Assembly: GCF_006345805.1 (NCBI RefSeq) | Contig: NC_042998.1 | Location: 5,332,001-5,396,000, forward strand | DNA from: Octopus sinensis | Lineage: Eukaryota | Length of the DNA: 64,000 bases | Direction of reading: 5' to 3' | In this document: piece by piece, positions 26,684-39,014 of the stretch | How positions within the stretch are numbered: the stretch's first letter is position 1 | Layout of the letters: every line of letters starts with the position of its first letter | Translations under genes and position numbers: made by a program | Notes under the pieces: generated by a model | What the model was told of the DNA's origin: nothing | Seen by the model: the letters and a program-made list of their open reading frames with translations, nothing else | Database searches by the model: none

Positions 26684-26890
26684 GACCGCGTGTGTACCGT
26701 TGGCGATTTTTTTGACTCCGTCTTCCCTTCTCTGGATCTTACCTTTTCCTATGTTTCTGACAAAGTGCTCCGCTCAAAACGTAAAACCCTCCTTCTTCCC
26801 TTCGTTCCTGAGCGTCCAATAATACTATATTTGTTCCACGTCCTCGCGTTGTTGTATTTTCTCTTTGTGTTTCCATGTTTGGATTAACTT
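26683..26890 (+). mobile_element. Second copy of the 3290-3522 element with an inactivated hammerhead (26753-26787)
   Basis: GTTT-CTGACAA-A-GTGC(TCC)GCTC-AAAA-CGTA-AAAC. G8 and G12 are both changed to A at CpG positions. Flanked by (TA)n. Confidence 0.7.
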
Positions 26891-27593
26891 TATATATATA
26901 TATATATACATATACATATACACATGTATATTCAAAACATATAACTGCATAATTACGATGTCTTTTGTTTTTTCTTTTCAAAGCGGGTGTTTTTATTTTG
27001 TTTCAGCAAACTTCTGCGTATCCAATTTTCTAATCTAACGTTGTTTACATTGTTATAAAAACTTTGCTGCTCGCAAAAACATTTCAAACAACTGTTTTAC
27101 ACTCGGATGCACTACCTATAATTAACAACTGTATCACGAATAGACAGTGGTATCTTGATTCAGCTAGCTTCAATTAAGCAAGCAGATCATATCTATTATT
27201 TCTTTGCTACGATAGTCAAGATAAATTTAGCACGTTTGGATATTTGTTTTAGAAACACTGAGAACAAAGTTCTTTTCTTTTAAAAGTTATTCTTTTATGT
27301 TAATCACTGAATTGAAAATGATAGGCGTTATGGTTTCTGTTTTCCTTGCTTTATATTTACACGAGGTAAAGTTAAAAGTTAACCCTATTACGAGCTTCCA
27401 TTGGGTTTGAGTGTAATCGTAATGTGGGCAGTGTGGATCATGTGCTTTCAGTATGACAAATAATGGATTACAATTATTGAGAAATAATTTCAGCTCATCA
27501 CTGCAATCAAACAACACGAAACTTTTAAAGTTCTGCTGCATAAAATAGTTACTTCTATCATTCGGTGGAAAAAGGATTTTGGTTTTATGAACT

Positions 27594-27813
27594 CTCTTTT
27601 ACTCTCTTTACTCTCTTTTGCTTGTTTCAGTCATTTGACTGCGGCCATGCTGGAGCACCGCCTTTAGTCGAGCAAATCGACCCCGGGATTTATTCTTTGT
27701 AAGCCCAGGACTTATTCTATCGGTCTCTTTTGCCGAACCGCTAAGTGACGGGGACGTAAACACACCTGCATCGGTTGTCAAGCAATGCTAGGGGGACAAA
27801 CGCAGACACACAA

Positions 27814-27851
<38 letters not shown>

Positions 27852-28040
27852 TATATATATATATATATATATACATATATACGACAGGCTTCTTTCAGTT
27901 TCCGTCTACCAAATCCACTCGCAAGGCATTGGTCGGCCCGAGGCTATAGCAGAAGACACTTGCCCAAGGTGCCACGCAGTGGGACTGAACCCGGAACCAT
28001 GTGGTTGGTTAGCAAGCTACTTATAACACAGCCACTCCTG
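27594..28040 (-). mobile_element. SINE family A, full length
   Basis: Complete reverse-complement copy with an internal (CA)/(TA) tract. Confidence 0.85.
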
Positions 28041-29070
28041 CACCTATAAAACTATTATTAACGCAACTGGTTAGTCGCACAAGATCATAGATCTACGTCT
28101 GGAAGACTTGCTTTGATCTCGTTGCACGAGTAGCGTCTACTGCGACTGCAGAGATCCACATTTGAAAGGCATTCTGACTACAGCAAATGTATTCGGAGAC
28201 TCAGTATTGTTCTAGTTTCGTTTTCCCGTCGGTTTTTCTTATCCTCGCCTGTATTGTATCACCATTTAACGTCCGTATAACACTCTCTGAAACAACTGAG
28301 CAACAAAGATATAAAGTGCAGATATGTCACAAAGATGACATAACTCACCATTCGAAGATCACAGTGGTGATATTCACATGACACGGGTATGGTGATGCCT
28401 TGGATAATAATCTTAGTAGATGACTGTAAAAGAACTTGAACATATATTGCTACGCTCAGTAATCAAGAACAAACTAAAATACTATGGTTTTGTAAACGAT
28501 AAAGAAAATCAGAGAGAGAAATTTTAAGATGATATCCAACATTCTATTATGTACAACAAAAACAATCAATTGGCTGATTCTAACTTACACGAAAGCAAAT
28601 CATGCATTAGAGGAAATAACTAATACAAAATGTTTTCAAGTCTAACAATTTATTTCATGGTTCATTTTGTTTGTGTCGGAATCTATTAATGAGACCGAAT
28701 ATCTTTTTGTTAGAATGTCACATTTACAGTAAATAATGTCTCACTTGGAAAGACAACGTTGTCAGCAAATATAGCTTCCGATAAGTATGCGGATTATAAC
28801 GGTAACTTACTCTGCTTGTGTTGCTATTGTTTTTCGAGATTCTAAGCCATAGAAAAGTAGTTTAGTTGGTTTTTTGGGGTTTTTTTTTTTTTTTTTATAG
28901 AAGCGTATGGTTCAGAGATTTCACTGCTATATATACCATGTCAGCCACGTCTTTGCATATGCAGTAATTAAAATGTGAGTGTCTTATATATATATATATA
29001 CTATCCTTTTTATTCTTCTCACTATATACATTTATGTATGTATATGCATATATATATATGTATATGTATA

Positions 29071-29105
<35 letters not shown>

Positions 29106-29107
<2 letters not shown>

Positions 29108-29237
29108 TTATTATATAGAAGGAGCTTCTACAGGACTAGTACTGTTTCATTCAAGAGAAATCTTCAGGAAGCTTCCTGAAGATTTCTCTTGAATGAAACA
29201 GTACTAGTCCTGTAGAAGCTCCTTCTATATAATAAAT
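29106..29237. repeat. Perfect 132-bp palindrome with no spacer
   Basis: 66-bp arms checked base by base, with the axis inside AAGCTT between 29171 and 29172. Confidence 0.97.
29170..29220 (+). ncRNA. Type I hammerhead ribozyme motif; a mirror copy lies on the minus strand at 29123-29173
   Basis: AGCTTC-CTGAAGA-TTTC(TCTT)GAAT-GAAA-CAG(TACTAGTC)CTG-TA-GAAGCT: 6-bp stem I, intact cores, 4-bp stem III (ACAG/CUGU), GUA triplet with predicted cleavage after 29214. Stem II has 3 bp closed by a U-U pair. Confidence 0.75.
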
Positions 29238-29307
29238 TAATTTTACTCTGCTATGTATTGAGTACCTTACTTACTGTGGTTAACCCCGAATCAACCCGGG
29301 ACCTACA

Positions 29308-29348
<41 letters not shown>

Positions 29349-29700
29349 TAATGAATAAATCCAAACTTACAGGGAAAAATTAGATTCAGGATTAAATCCA
29401 ATTTTATAGTATAAATATATTATATTATCTTTTATTAAACTTTTAATACTTTTCATATTTATATAAAAAAATAAATAAATTTAATTAATTAATTAATTAA
29501 ATAAATTAATATATAAATATAAAAATATACATACATAAATATATATATATATTTGTATATATATATATATATTTAAAATTTATAAGTTTAAATTATTTAA
29601 ATAATTTTTTAATTTTTAACTTTTATATTTTTTAATTAATTTTATGTATTGGCTTATGTTTTTCACTGTTTGATTTGCCTAATAGTGGTTTTATCTTTAA

Positions 29701-29750
<50 letters not shown>

Positions 29751-30283
29751 GCTTAACACCCTTCTTGTTTGTGTTACTGTTATTCTCCTTGTCCTGTCAT
29801 TACTGTTTATATTTTGTACTGTCGTTACTGTCCTGTTTTTGTTAACATTTTTACCCCTCCGCAAAAAAATCTCAAAATTTATTTAATTTGATGTTCGCGG
29901 GTAGGATTGTTTCATTAAAGACATGTATCGCCTTGACCTTCGAAACGTGGTGTAGATGAAACAAAGGCGACTGAAGAAGGGGAATTTTCCTTGTCTTGTA
30001 TGTCCTGTACTCTATTTTTTCGTTAAGAAAAATGTCCATTTCCTTGGTTTTGTGTGTATGTTTTCGTTTCTCATTGTGTTCGACGTTTTTTTTTTGTGTC
30101 CTGTACCCATATATACATGTATATATACATGTAGAGGTAGGTACGTACATATATGTATGTATATATGCATATGTTTTATTTATTTATTAATTTATTATAT
30201 ATATATATATATATTACATATATATATATATACATATATATATACATATACATACACACACACACACATACACACACACACAC

Positions 30284-30318
<35 letters not shown>

Positions 30319-30735
30319 TTCCTTGCTACTTAGGAATTTAGTACCTTTACCGAAAAACGAAACAAATACTTTCCCATATTTATTTATTTCGAGTCACGGT
30401 AACGAGCGGCTCACAGTCACAAAATTTTCGACTTGAATCAAATATAACAAACTACTCCAAGTCCTTGTTACAGTACCCGATTTAGCAGAGTCTCGACTGA
30501 CTAGTAATAATTAAGTAAAACCAAAAATTGATATTTTTAAATCATTTTTACGCACGTTTCGGGCCTGCGTAATATATAATAGGATATGCATCCATTACGT
30601 AAGACCTTCTTCAGTTACAACATTCGGTTCGATTCAATATTACAAACTGCATATAATATGTGTGTGTGTGTGCGCGTGTGTGTGTGTGAGTATGTGCGTG
30701 TGTGTATGAGTGTGTGTGAGTCTCTGTGTGTGTGT

Positions 30736-31071
30736 GTGAGGCGCAATGACCCAGTGTTTAGGGCAGCGAACTCGCGGTCATCGAATCGCGGTTTCGATTC
30801 CCAGACTGGGCATGGTGAGTGTTTATTGAGCGAAAACACCTAAATCTCCATTAGACCTCGGCAGGGGATGGGTGGCGCACCCTGCTGTATTCTTTCACCA
30901 CAACTTTCTTTCACTCTTTCTTCCTGTTTTTGTTGTATCTGTATTTCAAAGGACCAGCCTTGTCACACTCTGTATCACGCTGAATCTCCCCGAGAACTAC
31001 GTTAAGGGTACATGTGTCTGTGGAGTGCTCAGCCACTTGCACATTAATTTCATGAGCAGGCTGTTCCGTTG
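30736..31071 (+). mobile_element. tRNA SINE family C
   Basis: Same as 54463-54843 in the opposite orientation. Confidence 0.85.
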
Positions 31072-31435
31072 TAAAATTTTAGTGGTCTCAGTCCAAATAT
31101 CCACGAGGTTAAATTTGCCCGCTATATATTCAGAGTTGATAAAAGTAGTACGAGCTCACCATAGGCAGATTTGTTGCGTCAGAATTCAAGACAACTTGCT
31201 CATTTGTTTAAGCACTTTGTACTCAGATGGCAATATTGGTGACAAAACATGTGCCACGCTGTACAGGCGCTTGTATTTCTCTTAGACAGCATCGGTGCAA
31301 CTAGCAAACCTACAAGTCTAGGCAGCCATTGGGCTTTACCACAAATCTTACTGCAGCCTGAAGTTTGAGAAAGTACTGTAAACATGTATTAGAATAACAT
31401 GTGCGTATGAATTTGGACTATAATATGAATAAACA

Positions 31436-31487
<52 letters not shown>

Positions 31488-31747
31488 ATATATATATAAG
31501 AGTTGGTCATTCTTTATCAAAGATTCTTTTTGCAATTAAATCCTCAATTAATAATAGAAAACTAGATACTTTCTATAACAATCGTAACCTTAATGAAAAT
31601 AGTGGTAAGGTAAATAGCCAGTAATATCTCGCTTCCTAACCCTAATAATAAAAATTTTAAAAATAAAAACATAGACATGTTACCACTACTCGGAATGCCT
31701 TTAACATGAATTGTGAATATAAGGTTAAAGAAAATTGTAAACAAGAT

Positions 31748-32110
31748 AACAGTATATAAGGGCTTAGTTAGATCTGAAGGGAAGGAATACCATTACATAG
31801 GTTCGACCGAAACTAGATTTAAGCGAAGAATCGCAAACCACGGAAGTTGTTTTAGAAATTGACGAAAAATTAATAATACTAGTCTCAGCAAATTTATATG
31901 TATATTAAAGGATAATTGTAAAGATTATATGATTAAACAGGAGGTTGTAAGCCATATCATGGCTTATCATATTTCATATATAAAATGCCTCTTGTGCAAC
32001 GAAGAGATTTTTCAAATATTAAAAATCCAAGCACAAATTATTGCATTCTCGGAAAGAAAATATTTTAGCTTGATGCCGCAACTCAAAATGTCTTTAGAAA
32101 ATTTGATTAA
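31748..32110 (+). mobile_element. Decayed Penelope-like GIY-YIG endonuclease
   Basis: NSIYKGLVRSEGKEYHYIGSTETRFKRRIANHGSCFRN*...TSLSKFICILK...KCLLCNEE: IY...YIG, R...H and a C-terminal C.LC..E motif. Confidence 0.8.
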
Positions 32111-32721
32111 TTAGGACATTAATATTAAATTGAAAATTGTTAGTATAGACATATTACCACTACTCGGAATGTGTCTTTAGAAATGAAAATTATGAGTATA
32201 ACTTGCATATAAAATAAATAGTAATAATTTAAGCATATAGCATCAAAATGTAACTTGACTGACTTGGAAAAGATGCATATTTTGTTTGCAGTGATTAACT
32301 TTAATATAATCTAAGAAAATCAAATAAATTTATTAAATGGATCAAAAACGTAACCAAACATTAAACTATCTTAATTTGTTATAATAAACCTAGATATAAT
32401 CTAGAAAATTAAATAAACTTATCAAACAGATAACAAATTAAACCTAACATTAAAAACACAGAACTAACATAGTATCTATGGCTTAACTTAAAAATCAAGC
32501 ATTAATCAAAATAATTGTAAATAGCAAATATGAATAATATATACTATGTCATATTACATAATGCTTGAATTTCTTTTCAATAATGATAGAGAACAAGAAT
32601 CCTTACTATCTATCGGAGAATATAGCTACAAGTATGGATATTAACCATGCAAGGATATTAACATAAATAAAAATGAAAATAATATATATCACATTACATT
32701 ATGTCATATTTAAATATATAC

Positions 32722-33135
32722 TTACTCTTTTACTCTTTTACTTGTTTCAGTCATTTGACTGCGGCCATGCTGAAGCACCGCCGTTAGTCGAGCAAATCGA
32801 CCCCGGGACTTATTCTTTGTAAGACCAGTACTTATTCTATCGGCCTCTTTTGCTGAACCGCTAAGTGACGGGGACATAAACACACTAGCATCGGTTGTCA
32901 AGCAATGTTGGTGGGACAAACACAGACACACAAACACACACATACATACATACATACATATATACATATATACGACGGGCTTCTTTCAGTTTCCGTCTAC
33001 CAAATCCACTCACAAAACATTGGTCGGCCTGGGGCTATAGTAGTAGACATTTGCCCAAGATGCCATGCAGTGGGACTGAACCCGGAACCATGTGGTTGGT
33101 TAGCAAGCCACTTACCACACAGCTACCCTGCGCCT
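32722..33135 (-). mobile_element. SINE family A, full length
   Basis: Reverse-complement family A copy. Confidence 0.85.
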
Positions 33136-34238
33136 ATATACTTAATAATAGTAATAATAACATTGGGCATTAACATTCACAAATTAACCAAATATGATAC
33201 ATTTTCATTTTAATACAAATTTTTAGGAAGATATAAATCAAAATTTAAGTATAATTAGTATAAGTTCGTATAACTGTACTTACAAACCTAACATAATATA
33301 ATCATAAATAGTATACAGCATGATATATTAGATTATGCAATACTAAAAAATCAGTTTAATAGTTATGGTAATAATAAAACTGAGTTAACCGTATAACATT
33401 CTACATTTTAATTTAGATAAAATATTACATATCTATCCGTGAAAACAATTTTGATGACGTAATAGACCAAGTAAATCCAAGTAAATCCGCGTAATAATCA
33501 TAATATGAATACCAAGGATACCATCTCAATATATACATCTAAATGTATAAATATATAATCCTATAATATAGTAACTAGTTATAAAGATAATCATTAATGT
33601 AATTACTTTGATAATCTTTCTATAATATGCAAATACGCACGCGCACACACAGATATGTCAATTACGTAAAATCCGTTCAGTGTGTGTGTATGTGTGTGTG
33701 TGTCTTCAAAATATCTCGGGCATCCTCCATCCGATGGCGCTCAAATTAGATGTGTAGATACTGATGGCATCAGGGCATGTATAACTTGAGAAAATTACAA
33801 AAATCGATTCCAGGTGAGAATGCGATCAATAAAGGCGTTTTCGTCCTGCTTTACTTCCGTTAACCTCTGCATAACTGCACCTTCTATTTTCTGTTGTTTT
33901 TGTACTGCTTAAAGGCACGTTTCTTTCCTGTCAAGCTTACTGTTTAAACCATCTTTATGTTCTCCCAGTCAACAGCCTTATCATTACTGGTACTTTAAAC
34001 TCTTCGGTTACATATTTGTGTGAATAAAATCACTTTTCTTTGGAATAGAAAAAATATCTATCTTTATTTCTTCTTTTGGTGGTGTCTCAATTTAGGTTAA
34101 ATCTCAAATTTAGATTAAATCAGTGTTTCTCAAATGACAGGTTTATGGGACGGTCGGACAAGTTGTTTTGAGAAAATGTGGTTTAAATGTTTGACAACTC
34201 AGCACCGTCCATTGCACGGGGGCGTTTTGCTCGTATAT

Positions 34239-34288
<50 letters not shown>

Positions 34289-34760
34289 TATATACCAATA
34301 CATAAACAGATAATATATACGCATACACACATCCACGTGTATAGACAGAAACATGAGCATATGTGATCTCAAAAAGTATTGAACAAAATTTTGTATCTAA
34401 ATATAAATTATATATAATTAATTAACGTCTCACCATAATGAATGCATACTTCAGAACCAATATAATAACTTAAGAAGAAAACACACACGCACACATATAA
34501 ATATACACGCGCACACACAATAATACGTAAACAAAGGCGTCCATACTTGTTTAATATATTTAAGATTTATCTAATATAATTAAAACATGTATATATATAG
34601 AGAGAGAAATAGATAGATACATACATACATACATACACACACACATATATATATAATATACATATATATATATTAATATATATTATATAATAATATATAT
34701 ATATATATTAATATATATATATAATATATATATATATAGATAGATAGATACATACATACA

Positions 34761-34794
<34 letters not shown>

Positions 34795-35120
34795 AACACA
34801 AGTATACACACATGTATATGGATTAATTTCAGTTTATTTCATTTTATTTTATTTCTGTTTATTCCTTTTTTACTTGTTTTTATTTTCATTTTATTTTTAT
34901 TTTTTATATATTTTATTTTTTATTTCTTTTCATTCTTATCTTTACTGTATTTCTGCTCATATATATATATCAGTCTATATACCTAAAGACGTAAATTGGA
35001 AAGGAACATATATACCAGTACGCATACATATTGATGTACATATTGACATACATACATGTTGTGTGTGCGTGTGGGTGTGTATATGTATATATGTGTAGGT
35101 ATATGTGTATGTATATATAT

Positions 35121-35565
35121 ATAATAGAACTATTAAAATTACTAAGTCTCTCTAAAAGAGATCACGGCAGCGTTCCTGGAAAATAATAGTTATCGCCATA
35201 CTAATATGGCATTCTTATAAAAATAAGAATAAAGCTGTCCGCTTATTAGCTCCATGAGGCCATCGCCTTAAGTTAGCTATTTGATACACAAACTGTATCC
35301 ATATAACCTTCGAACAAGGGAGGTCAGTTGCTCCACACTACTTGATCGAAGGTACAGACGCGTTTCGGGGTATTGCCCCTTTTCAATGTAGCGTAGTCAG
35401 ACCAGTAGGTGTCGCTTCCGACAATCTCTGTTCGAAGGTTTTATTTACCTAGTTTCAGTGGAATACATCCACTTGTTTTCAATAATAGAAATATTAAAAT
35501 TACTAAGTCTCTCTAAAAGAGATCACGGCAGCGTTCCTGGAAAATAATAGTTATCGATCGCCATA
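35121..35565 (-). mobile_element. Non-coding 361-nt unit with ~80-nt terminal direct repeat and a hammerhead (retrozyme or Penelope pLTR-like)
   Basis: 35121-35200 recurs at 35482-35565 (offset 361; one substitution and a 4-nt insertion). Hammerhead at 35353-35390 on the minus strand. Bounded by (TA)-rich tracts, no ORF. Confidence 0.7.
35353..35390 (-). ncRNA. Minimal type I hammerhead motif, U3-A8 variant
   Basis: Minus strand TACA-TTGAAAA-GGGG(CAATA)CCCC-GAAA-CGCG-TC-TGTA: 4-bp stem I, 4-bp stem II, palindromic CGCG stem III, GUC triplet. The core reads UUGAAAA in place of CUGANGA. Confidence 0.65.
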
Positions 35566-35628
<63 letters not shown>

Positions 35629-35649
35629 ATATATATATATATATATATA

Positions 35650-36000
35650 CTGCATGGTGCCAAGGATTCCAACATCACCATCAAAATACAGGTCCAGATA
35701 CTGCAACAGCTTCGGTTTCAGAGGACCACAGCTCTTTAACATCCTCCCTAAATGCCTGAGAGACTTACATGGTGTGGATGTGGGTTTCATTAAAACTAAA
35801 CTGGATCTCTTCTTGTTGGGAGTCCCAGATGAACCTACCTCACGACAGGAGACTCGGATGCGGGCAACAGCATCGAACTCTCTAGTTGATCAAGTGCCAC
35901 CTATCAGAGGTGGATTCACAAATTAGTGTAGCTCATTCAGCGGTGGTGCCCCAGCATGGCCGCGGCCTTCGAGCTAAAACATTTTTAAGGATTTAAGGAT
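35650..36000 (+). mobile_element. 3' end of a CR1/L2-group LINE (end of ORF2 plus 3' UTR) inside (TA)n
   Basis: NSFGFRGPQLFNILPKCLRDLHGVDVGFIKTKLDLFLLGVPDEP...SNSLVDQ matches the F..R...FN.LP...FK..LD.FL C-terminus. The UTR has ggtggtgccccagcatggccgc. Confidence 0.8.
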
Positions 36001-36001
36001 T

Positions 36002-36049
<48 letters not shown>

Positions 36050-36580
36050 TGTATGTATGTATTTATGCACTTATACGACTGCACTTAGGCGCATATACAC
36101 GCACACGTGTACAAACGTAGGTATAAATTTTATTTCACTTCTACTTTAGTTTATTACATGAACAGAAATTTCATTTTCCTTTATTTTCTTTTATTCATTT
36201 ATATTACTTTACCCATATATAATATAACCCATCACTCATGATTGTTACTATCATTATTATTGAACTGAAACAAAAGGAGTAATATTAACGCATGCGTACA
36301 TACACACAAGTATACATACACGCATTGTAAACATGTTTATATATTCTGCGTATTCCGAAAGTATCCTAATGTGATCCTTATTGTGCTCTTAACCCCCTGA
36401 TGGTTTTCCTTATATGGTATTCAAAATGCAAAATTATATTTTTATATAGGTTTCGTAATTTTAATCGTATTTGAGAAATGAAACAATTGTTGGTCACTAT
36501 GCTGATTAATTAATAAACTAATTTCTAACCATTAGACCTCTGTTTTCTAACACAATAAATATATTTATATATGTACGTAT

Positions 36581-36632
<52 letters not shown>

Positions 36633-37279
36633 ACACACACACACACACAATGCATACATATATACAGATATATATATACACACACACAGTGTTTATTGAA
36701 ATTTTGAAATTAATGCCTATATATATGTTTCATTCACTGCAATCTTCTGGCGCGAATGTTCTCCGCAGAAGATTGCAGTAGTTCGAATCGCGAGAGAAAT
36801 ATTCAGTTTCCAAAAGCCATATCCGCATTTCTCCTGTCTTCTTTTAACACATTTCAACGTCTGTATATGTATACATACATGTGTGTGTCTATGTGAATGT
36901 GTGTGTGTGTGTGTGTGGTGATTAGCAGACGTGTTAGCGTGTCAGATAGAAAGTCTGTCGGTATTTGCTCCATCAAGCAACACTTTAAGCTCAAATCCTA
37001 AGAAGGCCAAATCTGCTTTTCATCTTTCACGCTCAATAAAATAACACTCCAGTTCTGTGGAATGGAGGAGTTGTCGGAATGTCAGATGAGGTGATTTGCA
37101 TATCTGTTCCAACACTTTTCTTTGCGATGGCGTTCATGCTTAGAAAAAAACCTTTTTCCTTTCCAGCTGCAGTTACTCAGACTGCCTAGAACGGATGACC
37201 AAGCCACTGATGTACACTTACAGATACATGCTTGTTTGTGTCAATGTATATGTATATATGTATGTATATATATATAGAT

Positions 37280-37346
<67 letters not shown>

Positions 37347-37397
37347 TAGATAGATAGATATAGATAGATAAATAGATAGATAGATAGATAGATAGAT

Positions 37398-38951
37398 ATG
37401 TTTCTTTATTAGCCACACAGGGCTGCACACAGATAGAACAAATTACAAGGTAGAGCTTTTCTTTTGAAGGTTTAAAAAAAAAAAAAAATAAAATAAAATA
37501 AAATAAAAAATAAAAAAAAATAAAAAAAAATAAAATAAAATAAAATAAAATAAAAAAGGGGGGTCGATCAAAAGGGATCGTAAAAGGAGAGAAAGAGGAC
37601 AAAAAAAGGGGGGGGGTTAAAAAAAAGGGGGAGAGGAAAAAATTGATCAATAGGGATCGTTATCACAAAATGTCAATATGAAGTGTAAAGGGGGGGACAG
37701 GTGAGGTTTACCCGTGGAAAGAAAAGCCTACGGAAAAGACCACGGTAACCTCGGTCATGAAGTCACATGTTATATTTCTTTTTTTTTTTTGCAAATAAGC
37801 AACTCTCTGTATTAATTTTTACGGTTCATAGAATCATAGTCAAGGTGGCTTCGTCATTCATACGTGCCATCCTTGCTACATTCACCCATCTTTTTTAAAA
37901 CATTCACTAGACAAAACTTGCCTCTCTACTCTCACTTTTTTCTTCAAGTGATACTTGAAGAAGTTGATGAGAGATTGACCAGAGAGGAAGTGTTGTCTCT
38001 AATCCTTTCAGACGCGTCCACCAGATACATTCTTTCGCCATAGCCACAAGTATGATAAAAATAGCTCTTCCTTCCCGTTTGAAGGAAGGAGGCGTGACGA
38101 TATTAACGATAGACTCGGCTGATAAACCGACACGTCCCACACGTGACAGCAGTCGTTCGACATAAGCCCACAGGTGGGAATTGCTGGACACTGCACGATT
38201 GCGTGCAGAGCGTTTTCGTCGCTCTGCCGCATTTCGGGCAGGTCGGCCCCGTTTTCTCGAGCCATGCCTATAGAGCTTATCCCGAACGGGTAGCGCTTCT
38301 CGGTAGCACCGCCAGGCCAGGGATCTCTGGAAGTTGTCCATAGGTCCCGGGCCGAAAGTCGTTTGAAACAGGCGGGTCAGGTATTCCTCGTCGACGCCCA
38401 GGTTTGCCCCGAGCTCGTCGTCGTACCTCCCCTCCACTAATCCCCTATAGAATGCTTTGGTTGTGTTGAAGTCACTCAAGGTCGACCCGGGACGGCAGAG
38501 TTGCTTGAGAGCAACGCGACACCTCGCGGTGCCATTCGCCCTTCTTCGGCCTCTTTTTGATCCACGACTGTAGTTCGGTCATGGAGACGAGTTGCGGGAA
38601 TGCGTGCCTCACAAACGGCGACCACACCTGTTCACCGTCGTCTACATAGAGCCGGAGATGTCGCAGTCTCAGCGCGTGTCTGCGCATCATCAACCACGGC
38701 ATGCCCAGCCCTCCTTTTGACGGGTTGTGACAGCAAATGGATCGCCTGACCATCGGGACGCATCCTTTCCACAAGAAGCGGAAGAGGATGCGTTCTAGTT
38801 TGGTGATGGTAGGGTCGGGACAAGGTACGACGGTCAGGCGGTAGTAGATGATGGACGCGATGTACGCGTTCACCACCTCCGCCCGACCTTTTAGGGACAG
38901 TTTCCTCTCGGCCCATTGCTGGGCGAGAGTGACCACCCTACTCGTTATCTC

Positions 38952-38952
<1 letters not shown>
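37398..38952 (-). mobile_element. 5'-truncated L1/Tx1-clade LINE (RT C-terminus, CCHC knuckle, 3' UTR) inside (GATA)n
   Basis: QQWAERKLSLKGRAEVVNAYIASIIYY...FLWKG...KGGLGMP; RSLAWRCYREALPVRDKL; CPKCG...ALHAIVQCP knuckle in a shifted frame. 3' end gccctgtgtggctaataaagaaacat. (GATA)n lies at about 37277-37397 and 38953-39050. Confidence 0.9.

Positions 38953-39014
<62 letters not shown>

Noticed and set aside
29907-30010. Additional hammerhead (type I or type III reading)
   Set aside because: CTGAAGA, a GAAAC and complementary pairs (ttgtttcat/atgaaacaa; tcgcctt/aaggcga) are present, but no single fold has both cores intact in the right order. Possibly a decayed pLTR.
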